Positions 1 to 7,970 of a stretch of 64,000 nt of DNA are shown here, in pieces. The stretch is from Blastocatellia bacterium (lineage in GTDB: Bacteria > Acidobacteriota > Blastocatellia > UBA7656), in assembly GCA_963765495.1 (NCBI GenBank), contig CAVXWP010000007.1, forward strand, positions 512,001 to 576,000, in the 5' to 3' direction. Below the pieces are notes generated by a model. That model did not search any database, was not told the DNA's origin, and saw nothing but the letters and a program-made list of their open reading frames with translations. Both the position numbers and the translations under genes were made by a program. Numbering within the stretch: the first letter of the stretch is position 1; each line of letters starts with the position of its first letter.

Positions 1-1
1 C

Positions 2-1183
2 TCGCGGATACTCTACAACTACAAGCCGCCATACACTGCAACCGCTGTCAAACGGCTCGAAGAAGCCGGAGCCGTTTTGATAGGCAAGACCAACTGCGAC
101 GAGTTCGCAATGGGTTCGTCGAATGAGAATTCGGCATACGGGCCGGTCAAGAATCCCTGGAACACCGAGCGCGTGCCCGGAGGGTCTTCGGGTGGCTCGG
201 CCGTGGCCGTGGCTGCGGGGATGGCTACAGGCGCTCTCGGGTCGGATACGGGCGGGTCTGTTCGCCAGCCCGCGTCTCTTTGTGGAGTTGTGGGGCTGAA
301 ACCAACTTATGGCCGCGTATCTCGCTACGGGTTGATCGCATTTGGCTCCTCGCTCGACCAGATAGGGCCGCTTGCAAACTCTGTCGAAGATGCGGCTCTT
401 CTGCTTCAAACAATCGCGGGCCACGATGCGAGCGATTCTACATCGAGCAAAATCGAGACTGGCGATTATGTAGCCCGGCTGGGGGAAGACGTGCGCGGAC
501 TGAGGGTAGGTGTGCCGCGCGAATATTACGGCGAAGGGCTTGACCCGGAAGTCAGAGAGCGTATCGAATCGGCCATAAAGAAATTCGAAGAGATGGGCGC
601 ACAGATCGTAGATGTCAGCCTGCCCAACACCGAATACGCGGTCCCCGTTTATTATCTGATCGCAACGGCGGAGGCCAGCGCGAACCTGGCGCGTTACGAC
701 GGAGTGCGCTACGGCTTTCGAGCCGAAGGCATATCGACGCTCAAGGAGATGTACAGCCGCACGCGCGATGAAGGCTTTGGCGCAGAAGTGAAGCGAAGAA
801 TTATGCTCGGCACCTACGCATTGTCGGCCGGGTATTATGACGCCTACTACGGCAAAGCCCAGAAGGTGCGTTCGCTCGTTGAGCGAGATTTTCGCGATGC
901 CTTTGCTTCCTGCGATGTGATTGCAACACCGACTTCGCCCACGCCCGCCTTTCGGCTCGGCGAAAAGACGGATGATCCGCTTGAGATGTATCTATCAGAC
1001 ATCTACACGATCACGGCAAATCTTGCGGGCGTGCCGGGTCTGACCGTGCCGTGCGGCTTCTCTTCTTCGGGGCTGCCTATTGGAATACAACTGATCGGAC
1101 GCCACTTCGATGAAGCGACTTTGTTAAAGGCGGGACACAACCTTGAGAAAGGGATGAGGGATTCAGGGAGGGATGAGGGATGA
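2..1183 (+). CDS. gatA: Asp/Glu-tRNA amidotransferase subunit A (5' truncated by window edge)
   Basis: Amidase signature [33 protein letters not shown] and [11 protein letters not shown]; frame is open from base 2 ([11 protein letters not shown]...). Confidence 0.96.
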   Translation, partial: SRILYNYKPPYTATAVKRLEEAGAVLIGKTNCDEFAMGSSNENSAYGPVKNPWNTERVPGGSSGGSAVAVAAGMATGALGSDTGGSVRQPASLCGVVGLKPTYGRVSRYGLIAFGSSLDQIGPLANSVEDAALLLQTIAGHDASDSTSSKIETGDYVARLGEDVRGLRVGVPREYYGEGLDPEVRERIESAIKKFEEMGAQIVDVSLPNTEYAVPVYYLIATAEASANLARYDGVRYGFRAEGISTLKEMYSRTRDEGFGAEVKRRIMLGTYALSAGYYDAYYGKAQKVRSLVERDFRDAFASCDVIATPTSPTPAFRLGEKTDDPLEMYLSDIYTITANLAGVPGLTVPCGFSSSGLPIGIQLIGRHFDEATLLKAGHNLEKGMRDSGRDEG

Positions 1184-1319
1184 GGGATGAGGGATGAATC
1201 GAACTTTTAGGAAACACTCTGATAAATGGTTACCCGCAATAATCGGTCTATGTCCCCAGATTCTTATTCATCCCTCATCCCTCATCCCTCATCCCTCATC
1301 CTTCATCCCTTCTTTCATC
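1151..1319. repeat. Inverted heptamer arrays (GGGATGA)n ... (TCATCCC)n between convergent genes
   Basis: GGGATGA units at 1151-1197 and the reverse-complement array at 1268-1319, about 70 nt apart. Confidence 0.9.
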
Positions 1320-3937
1320 GCTTCTCTGGCTGTCTCTATCAATTCCTGCAGGTTGATCGGTTTGGTGATATGCGCGAAGAATCCCGGACGGTGCCCGTTA
1401 CCGGAGTCGTCAAGCTGTTCGAATCCGGTCAGCGCAATGGCAGGCACGTGAGCGGTTTGGGGGCGTTTTCTCAACTCATCGAGCAGATCGTAGCCGTCCA
1501 TCTCAGGCATAGAAATATCTGAGAAAATAATATCGAAAACCCGTGTCTCGGCAATTTGCAGGGCTTCGGCGCCGCTCGTGGCCGTTTCGACTTTTGCTCC
1601 TTCGGCTTTCAGCAGATGGCGCAACATGTCTGTCGTGTCTCTGGAATCGTCTACGACCAGAATACGCTTGCCGTATAAGGCCCCCTCCGCGTTAAAGACG
1701 TCCGGCTGGGCGGATTTGTCGGCAGAGGTTTGGAGCGGGAACCTGACCACGAATCGCGCCCCGCGCCCTATGCCGTCTGAATGGGCATCCACGCGGCCTC
1801 CGTGGAGTTCGGCAAGCTGACGAACAAGCGCAAGCCCTATGCCCATCCCGCCGTGTCTGCGGACGGTGCTGGCATCGGCCTGACGGAACATGTCGAACAC
1901 ATAGGGCAAAAAATCCGGCTCAATGCCTTGCCCGTTGTCTTCTACGGTCAGCCGGGCATGCCCGGCCTCTCGCTCAAGTCTTATCATCACGCGGCCCTGG
2001 TCGGGAGTAAACTTGACGGCATTGTTCAACAAATTCCATGCGATCTGCTGAACGCGCACGGCGTCGGCGTTTATTACGAGCGGCTCCTTTGTGATGATCA
2101 TCATCAGTGTGATCTGTCTGGCTTTCGCATCGGCGCGCACGGTTTCGGCAGCGTCGGTGATGATCTGGCCCAGGGCAACCGGCTGGATATTTAATGCGAG
2201 CTTTCCGGTCTGGAATCGCGACAGGTCGAGCAGATCGGATACGAGTTGCGATTGCGCCAGCGCATTGCGATGAATGACTTCTATCGCTCGCTTGATCATG
2301 GGCGCTTTCTGCGCCTCGTCGTTGCGCGACAGAATCTCTGAATATCCAATAATGACGTTGAGCGGATTTCTCAACTCGTGCGAGAGCGTGGCGAGAAACT
2401 CGTCCTTTATCCGGCTGGCGCGCGACAACTCTTTAACAAGGGCGGCTGCGTCGAGCGCGGCGGCTATCTGATTTGAAATCACCTCCGCGATGTGAATGGT
2501 TGCCTCGTCGCAGGGCGGGTCGCTGTAGTGCCAGTACAACGAGACGACGCCAAGCAATTCCCCGCGCGCCCGCAAAGGGATGGAAAGCACTGACCGTATA
2601 GAGTCGCTGCCCGGTCTGTCATCGCTTTTCAGCCAGACGGGGTCCTGATTCAGATCTCGGATGAATAGTGATCGTTTTGCGCGCGCCGCCCGGGCGCTTG
2701 GAGAGGCTGAGTCTAAATTGAGATGTGTCAGGTTGCTCAACTGCCTGCGCCTTATCCGGTCATCCTCGTCGAGTTGCAGCCCGCATACTCCCTTTGAAGT
2801 GAGCCCGGGACCCTCGCGCTCGGATTCTTCAAGGAGCCAGAAGACGCCTCGCGGCGCTCTCGTCACGTGGCAGATGATTTCAATCAGCCTGTCATAGGTG
2901 GGCGTCTCCTGATTTGAAGCGAGCAGACCGACGCTCGCTTCTTCGAGCCGCAGCAGGGCTTCGGTGCGTTGCTCGGCTTCGTGGCGTGCGGCCTTCGCCT
3001 CTTCGTAGAGCCGGGAATTGATGAGCGCGATTGAAGCTGAATCGGCAAGCGCCTCAAGCAACTCTACTTCGCGGTCGCTCGCCCGGTGAATCTTTGCCCA
3101 GTAGACTCCAATCGCGCCCAGCGGTTTGTCCCGCTTCATCGGAACAATCGCAAGGCTCTTTACAAATGTCGCGCGGTAGTACTCTAAGGGTATGCGCTCG
3201 TCGGCGTAGATGTCTTCGACGATGGCAGGAACATGTTCTTTTACGGCCCAGCCGGAGATGCATTGATTTATATGAAATCGCTGCCCCCGCCAGAGCGGAG
3301 CTACGGCGTCTACATCGGCATAGTGGACCTCGTCTTTTTCAAGCAGGACAAAGCTTGCGCCGTTGGCGTTGACCAGATCGCGCGCCGCCCCGCAAACCAC
3401 TCTCATCACATCACCGAGATCGAGCAGAGCCGACAGTTTTCGGGTTACTTCGGCCAGCAGCGCGCTCTCACGCCGCCTCTGCTCGACTTCCATCTCGTGG
3501 AGCCGGGCGTTGCTGAGCGTGATCGCGGCCTGATCGGCGAGCGCCGCAAGCAACCACCGATCTTCTTCGGTCAGATCAGACGCGCAGGCGACGGCGAGCA
3601 ATCCGTTCAGCGAATTCTTGACCAGAACAGGGACCGCGGTCAGTGACCTATCGGGCGAACAGTCGATCAAACTGGAGAGTCTTTCCACCACCGATTCTTC
3701 CATCGGGGCAGAGAACCGGCTGGCCTTGTCCGCATCAATGCCTCTGGCGGCGCGGATGCGAAGCTGCCCCTCGTTGTCGGCAATCAGCAGCAGGCAATAT
3801 TGGGCGCTCACAAGTTCGCTCGCGTTTGTGACAATCAGGCGCAGTAGCTCATCGAAATCGAGCGAGGCTGTGATTGCGCGATTGATCTCCGTAAGACGTT
3901 TGAATCTCTCGATCCTTCTGGATTGTTCCAATGACAT
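1289..3937 (-). CDS. Hybrid sensor histidine kinase (3 GAF + HisKA + HATPase + REC)
   Basis: FLATLSHELRNPL H-box, NLLNNAVKFT N-box, DNGQG, GGMGIGL; C-terminal receiver VVDD...SDISMPEMDG; three GAF-like segments. Confidence 0.93.
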   Translation of the reverse strand: MSLEQSRRIERFKRLTEINRAITASLDFDELLRLIVTNASELVSAQYCLLLIADNEGQLRIRAARGIDADKASRFSAPMEESVVERLSSLIDCSPDRSLTAVPVLVKNSLNGLLAVACASDLTEEDRWLLAALADQAAITLSNARLHEMEVEQRRRESALLAEVTRKLSALLDLGDVMRVVCGAARDLVNANGASFVLLEKDEVHYADVDAVAPLWRGQRFHINQCISGWAVKEHVPAIVEDIYADERIPLEYYRATFVKSLAIVPMKRDKPLGAIGVYWAKIHRASDREVELLEALADSASIALINSRLYEEAKAARHEAEQRTEALLRLEEASVGLLASNQETPTYDRLIEIICHVTRAPRGVFWLLEESEREGPGLTSKGVCGLQLDEDDRIRRRQLSNLTHLNLDSASPSARAARAKRSLFIRDLNQDPVWLKSDDRPGSDSIRSVLSIPLRARGELLGVVSLYWHYSDPPCDEATIHIAEVISNQIAAALDAAALVKELSRASRIKDEFLATLSHELRNPLNVIIGYSEILSRNDEAQKAPMIKRAIEVIHRNALAQSQLVSDLLDLSRFQTGKLALNIQPVALGQIITDAAETVRADAKARQITLMMIITKEPLVINADAVRVQQIAWNLLNNAVKFTPDQGRVMIRLEREAGHARLTVEDNGQGIEPDFLPYVFDMFRQADASTVRRHGGMGIGLALVRQLAELHGGRVDAHSDGIGRGARFVVRFPLQTSADKSAQPDVFNAEGALYGKRILVVDDSRDTTDMLRHLLKAEGAKVETATSGAEALQIAETRVFDIIFSDISMPEMDGYDLLDELRKRPQTAHVPAIALTGFEQLDDSGNGHRPGFFAHITKPINLQELIETAREAMKEGMKDEG

Positions 3938-4044
3938 ATAATCAGGTTACCGGTTGGCATCCGCAATCCGCTCGGGCGTGATGCGGGACAGGTGATGAGC
4001 ATGCAGCGTCCAGCCGGAATTTATTATATCAGAGTCGGAGAATA

Positions 4045-5442
4045 TCACTCATTGATTTGGCGGGCATTTGTTACGACGACGCCTTCGGACGAAATCTCAA
4101 GCATGTGCTCACGCTGATCGTGGGCGCTGCCCCGCGTCTTGACGGTACGTATAATGCGGAGCATATCCAGGTCGGAAGTAAATTGAAGCAGCAGCACATT
4201 ATCGCTCATATTCGATACCTGTTCATTGCTGATCTGTTGAAAATCGAAGAGGCGGTCAAGCTCGAGCATCATCAGACAGGTCACGTTTTCGACGGCGCAC
4301 CACTGTGTCAGAGAGTATATGTAATCGGCGAAGCGATTATCATCGAGGCTGGAGCGCCGCAGATCTCCGAGCGCATCTATGACGACTCGCTTGATGCGGC
4401 CCTGGCGGATGCGTTGAAACAACTCCGAGGCAACGCTGTCGAGCTGCATCTCTACGGGCGAGCGATACATAAACTCGAATCTGTCTCCGCCCAGAATCTC
4501 ATCCGGGTTCCATCCGAAATTCTGCATGATTCGCGCAATCTGGACGGGATTCTCCTGAAAGCCTACGAATATGCCCGGTTCGCCTTCCTTCACACCCTCT
4601 CGTATGAAGTGCAGCCCGATGACGGTCTTGCCCGACCCCGTAGGGCCTGCCACAAGCGTAGAGCTTCCGCGCCAGAAGCCCCCTTCGATCATCTCGTCAA
4701 GCCCTGTGATTCCGGTCTTCAGGCGCTGAACAGCGGCGGAATAATCGGGGAAGCTCGAGGGGGTCAGCAGTCGGGGATAAACCTCGATGCCGCTGTGGCT
4801 GATCGAAAAAGCGTGCAGTCCGGAGATGGTCGCCGAACCGCGCAATTTTTCTATGCGCAGGAATCGCTGCTCGCGCGTGCCTATGTGTAGCTTGATGAGT
4901 TGGATCACTCCGTCTGCGATGGCGAATTCAGGCAACCGGGTCATCATCTCTTCCGCATACTCTCCTACCAGAAAACTCGTGCAGGAGTATGAAGTGAGCA
5001 CGCTTGCAAGATCGAATGCCAGCGACCGCCGATCTTCGGCGGTTGGGCGAAGATCGCTCAGGGCCTTGAACGAATCGATGATGATCATCTTCGGTCTGTG
5101 TTTGGCAATCATGTCCGTGATAATACCGGCGAGCGCCGAGGTGCCGTGCTGCTTGAGCATAATGCCCAGGTCTTCGAAGAATATGGATACGCCCACCTTG
5201 CCGGTATCGAAAAAATCGGATGTCTGGCCGTGTATGATAAATTTTTCGAGCGGCTCGGAAAGGGTGGAAAGATAGAGAGCCGGTCGCTCGGGTGTCGCAT
5301 TTGCGAAGGCCATCTGCTGCGCAAGAATCGTCTTGCCCGTACCCGGCGCGCCCATGATGATGTTGATCGAATTGGCGAGAAAACCGCCCCGTAATATGAA
5401 ATCAAGTTCCGGGCTACCCGTGCTGGTTCGTTCGTTACTCAT
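4045..5442 (-). CDS. KaiC-like double-domain RecA-family ATPase
   Basis: Two Walker A motifs (GAPGTGKT, GPTGSGKT), IIIDSF/VVIDAL Walker B, KLRGS/KTRGS; ATG at 5442 overlaps the upstream stop (ATGAGTAA). Confidence 0.9.
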   Translation of the reverse strand: MSNERTSTGSPELDFILRGGFLANSINIIMGAPGTGKTILAQQMAFANATPERPALYLSTLSEPLEKFIIHGQTSDFFDTGKVGVSIFFEDLGIMLKQHGTSALAGIITDMIAKHRPKMIIIDSFKALSDLRPTAEDRRSLAFDLASVLTSYSCTSFLVGEYAEEMMTRLPEFAIADGVIQLIKLHIGTREQRFLRIEKLRGSATISGLHAFSISHSGIEVYPRLLTPSSFPDYSAAVQRLKTGITGLDEMIEGGFWRGSSTLVAGPTGSGKTVIGLHFIREGVKEGEPGIFVGFQENPVQIARIMQNFGWNPDEILGGDRFEFMYRSPVEMQLDSVASELFQRIRQGRIKRVVIDALGDLRRSSLDDNRFADYIYSLTQWCAVENVTCLMMLELDRLFDFQQISNEQVSNMSDNVLLLQFTSDLDMLRIIRTVKTRGSAHDQREHMLEISSEGVVVTNARQINE

Positions 5443-5881
5443 GTAATTTGTCCTCAGCAAACAACATTTGCTCGGCGATCAATCTCTCAACGGATTTGAT
5501 GAGCCGCTCATCGCCAAGCGGTTTGAGCACAAAGGCATCTGCTCCTGCCTCGCGCGCCCGATCCTTTGCTTCCAGATGGCTGAAAATAAGCACCTTGATC
5601 GGGCGAGTCACGGGGTCGTTTTTAAGCTTGCGGCATAGACTCAGCCCGTCGAGTTTGGGAACCAATATTTCGCTCACAAGTATATCGGGTAAAAGCTCTC
5701 TTGCCCGTTCAAGAGCCGAAAGCCCGTCGGCGGTGAACTCTACGCTGTAGCCCGCCTGTTCGAGGAAGAAGCGTTCCAATCGCTGAACCACCGGGTTGCG
5801 CTCGACGACAAGGATCAGCGCGCGTCTCTCCAGAGTCGGGCGGGTGGGTGCTTTGTTATCGGCTTCTCCGGGCGATGACAT
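5435..5881 (-). CDS. Single-domain response regulator (atypical receiver)
   Basis: ILVVERN...PDILVSEILVPKLDGLSLC...FVLKP; Glu at the usual phospho-Asp position; start at 5881 is a choice. Confidence 0.85.
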   Translation of the reverse strand: MSSPGEADNKAPTRPTLERRALILVVERNPVVQRLERFFLEQAGYSVEFTADGLSALERARELLPDILVSEILVPKLDGLSLCRKLKNDPVTRPIKVLIFSHLEAKDRAREAGADAFVLKPLGDERLIKSVERLIAEQMLFAEDKLHE

Positions 5882-6034
5882 ATCTGACCTCTTGATCGAA
5901 ACGGGAACGAGCCTTGTCAAATAATTCTGATTTTGGAAGCGCTCGCCACTGGCAAGGGAGTGAAGTTTATACTATCGCGGCAGGAACTGACAATCTGAAA
6001 AAGATGAATGCCAGGAACCTTGAGGACTGACAAG

Positions 6035-6205
6035 CAGGGCCATTCAGTTTTCCAAAATAGAGGGTGAGAAAATAGAAATAGGCCGCGAATTTACGCGGAT
6101 ACGGCGGATGTTCACGGATCAGGTCATATAGAACCAAATCCGTGTAAATTCGCCCGATCCGCGTCCGTCCGCGGTCTATTTCTACTCACCCTACTTTGGA
6201 GTTTC
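6035..6205. mobile_element. MITE/REP-like composite palindromic element
   Basis: Starts CAGGGCCATTCAGTTTT (same end as the 10906 element) and contains an imperfect GAAATAGGCCGCG...CGCGGTCTATTTCT inverted repeat with CGGAT units. Confidence 0.7.
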
Positions 6206-6262
6206 GTTTGTACCCATCTTGTGCATTTCGATTTAGTGCCATTGATGCCGGATGCGGGCCGC

Positions 6263-7876
6263 TTATTGCACTGCGGCGTCGGCAGCCGGTTTTTTGTCGA
6301 CGACAAGCCGGTGGTCGAGATTGGCCACGCGCCAGCCCGTAGCAAAGACCATGCGCGTGATCCGCTCCATCTTCTGGAAATCGATCTTGTCAACGTCGTC
6401 GGTCGGACGATGATAATCCTCGTGAACTCCCGTGAAATAGAATATGATCGGGATGCCGTGCTTGGCATAGTTATAATGATCCGAGCGGTAATAGAACCTC
6501 TGCGGGTGGTTCTCGTCGTTGTATGTGTAGTCAAAATTCATGTGAGCCGTGTCTTTGTTTGTCTGCTCACTGATCTTATTCAACTCGGTCGAAAGCTTGT
6601 CTGCGCCGATGATATAGACCGAGTCCTTATCGGTCAATTCCTTATCGCTTGGTTTTGAGTCGTCCGGCGTGCGGGTGCGACCGATCATATCGATATTGAA
6701 GTCGGCTACCAGTTTCTCAAGCGGAACAACGGGTTTGTAATCGGTATTGTATGAGGACCCGAGCAGCCCCATCTCTTCACCCGTGTGAAATATGATGAGA
6801 ATCGACCGTTTTGGTCTCGGACTTATCGAGAGGGCTTCGGCTATTTCAAGCACTGCCACGGTGCCGCTGCCATCGTCATCTGCGCCGTTATAGATTTCAC
6901 CGTTCTTGCCGGTTTGCAGGTGGTCGTAATGCGCGCTGAAGACCACATATTGATCCTTCAGTTTTGGATCGGAGCCTTCGAGTATGCCTGCCACATTCTG
7001 AGCAGGCGGCGCTTCCTTGACCTCTACGCTCATATTGAGAGCGGCCTTGGCCGGAATCGCCATGGGTTTGAAGGCATCGCCGGAAGCTTTAGTAAAGAAG
7101 GCCTCTTCTTTGCCCATTGCTTCGGCAAGAGCTTTGACAAGCGCAGGGCCGGCCAGAACGGCCGGGAATTTGCTCCCCGCCTCAGCGCCCTTCGGCGGAA
7201 GGCTTGCACCCTGTCGGGTGGCAAACATTTTGACCCTCGGCCACATTGACAGCAGATTCGGGACTATGGCTATTCCGCCTATAGCGCCGTGCTTTATGGC
7301 CGCTTTCTCTCCGTGTTCATCCTCGCTGAGCTTTACATTCTTGAGAGGGTTTTCTATGCCGAGTATTACGACGATCTTCCCCTTCACATCCACGTTCGCG
7401 TAATCGTCGTGATTGTTTCCCGGCGAAGAGACTCCATAACCGACAAAGACCAGATCGCCGCTCAGGTTTGTGTTGACCGGCGATTGCGCGGCGAAATCGT
7501 CCGCATACTTGAATTCCTTCTTACCCCCTCCGACCGTCAGCGAAAGTTTTGTATTTTCAGAATCCACGTTGTTATAGCTGAGCGGCACTTTCTGAAAGAA
7601 TGAACCGCCTTCGGCCGCGCCGTGATAGCCGTAATGCTCCAGGCGCGAGGCCAGATAGCGCGCGGCTATCAGGTTCCCCTGGCTCAGGGTATATCGCCCG
7701 CCGAGTTCGTCGGAAGCGAGAAAGCTCAAATGCATTTTAAGATCGGCGGCCGTGATGCTCGATGTAGCTTCCGGCGACGGGAGCGGCATATTACTGGCGC
7801 TCGCAATCGGGGCCAGAGAGAGCGCCGTAAGCAAGACAACCGCAAACACCCTTTTTAACTGATTAGCTCTTTTCAT
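6263..7876 (-). CDS. Secreted M28 family aminopeptidase with PA domain
   Basis: Signal peptide; SAHYDH, NGADDDGSG, GEEMGLLGS, NIDMIGR, RSDHYNY, DYHRPTD motifs. Confidence 0.92.
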   Translation of the reverse strand: MKRANQLKRVFAVVLLTALSLAPIASASNMPLPSPEATSSITAADLKMHLSFLASDELGGRYTLSQGNLIAARYLASRLEHYGYHGAAEGGSFFQKVPLSYNNVDSENTKLSLTVGGGKKEFKYADDFAAQSPVNTNLSGDLVFVGYGVSSPGNNHDDYANVDVKGKIVVILGIENPLKNVKLSEDEHGEKAAIKHGAIGGIAIVPNLLSMWPRVKMFATRQGASLPPKGAEAGSKFPAVLAGPALVKALAEAMGKEEAFFTKASGDAFKPMAIPAKAALNMSVEVKEAPPAQNVAGILEGSDPKLKDQYVVFSAHYDHLQTGKNGEIYNGADDDGSGTVAVLEIAEALSISPRPKRSILIIFHTGEEMGLLGSSYNTDYKPVVPLEKLVADFNIDMIGRTRTPDDSKPSDKELTDKDSVYIIGADKLSTELNKISEQTNKDTAHMNFDYTYNDENHPQRFYYRSDHYNYAKHGIPIIFYFTGVHEDYHRPTDDVDKIDFQKMERITRMVFATGWRVANLDHRLVVDKKPAADAAVQ

Positions 7877-7970
7877 AAAACTCCTTTTGATGACGCCCGA
7901 TACGTGATTCCACTGTTAACGACAACTTGCAACTCTGGTAACTCACGAATCACATATCACGCATCGCGCG

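Noticed and set aside
1194-1451. Short ORFs with PHPSSL repeats
   Set aside because: Translation of the heptamer array, overlapping the kinase gene antisense
4045-5442. Circadian clock kaiC
   Set aside because: No kaiA/kaiB in the window, the ST phosphosite pair is incomplete and the context is two-component signalling
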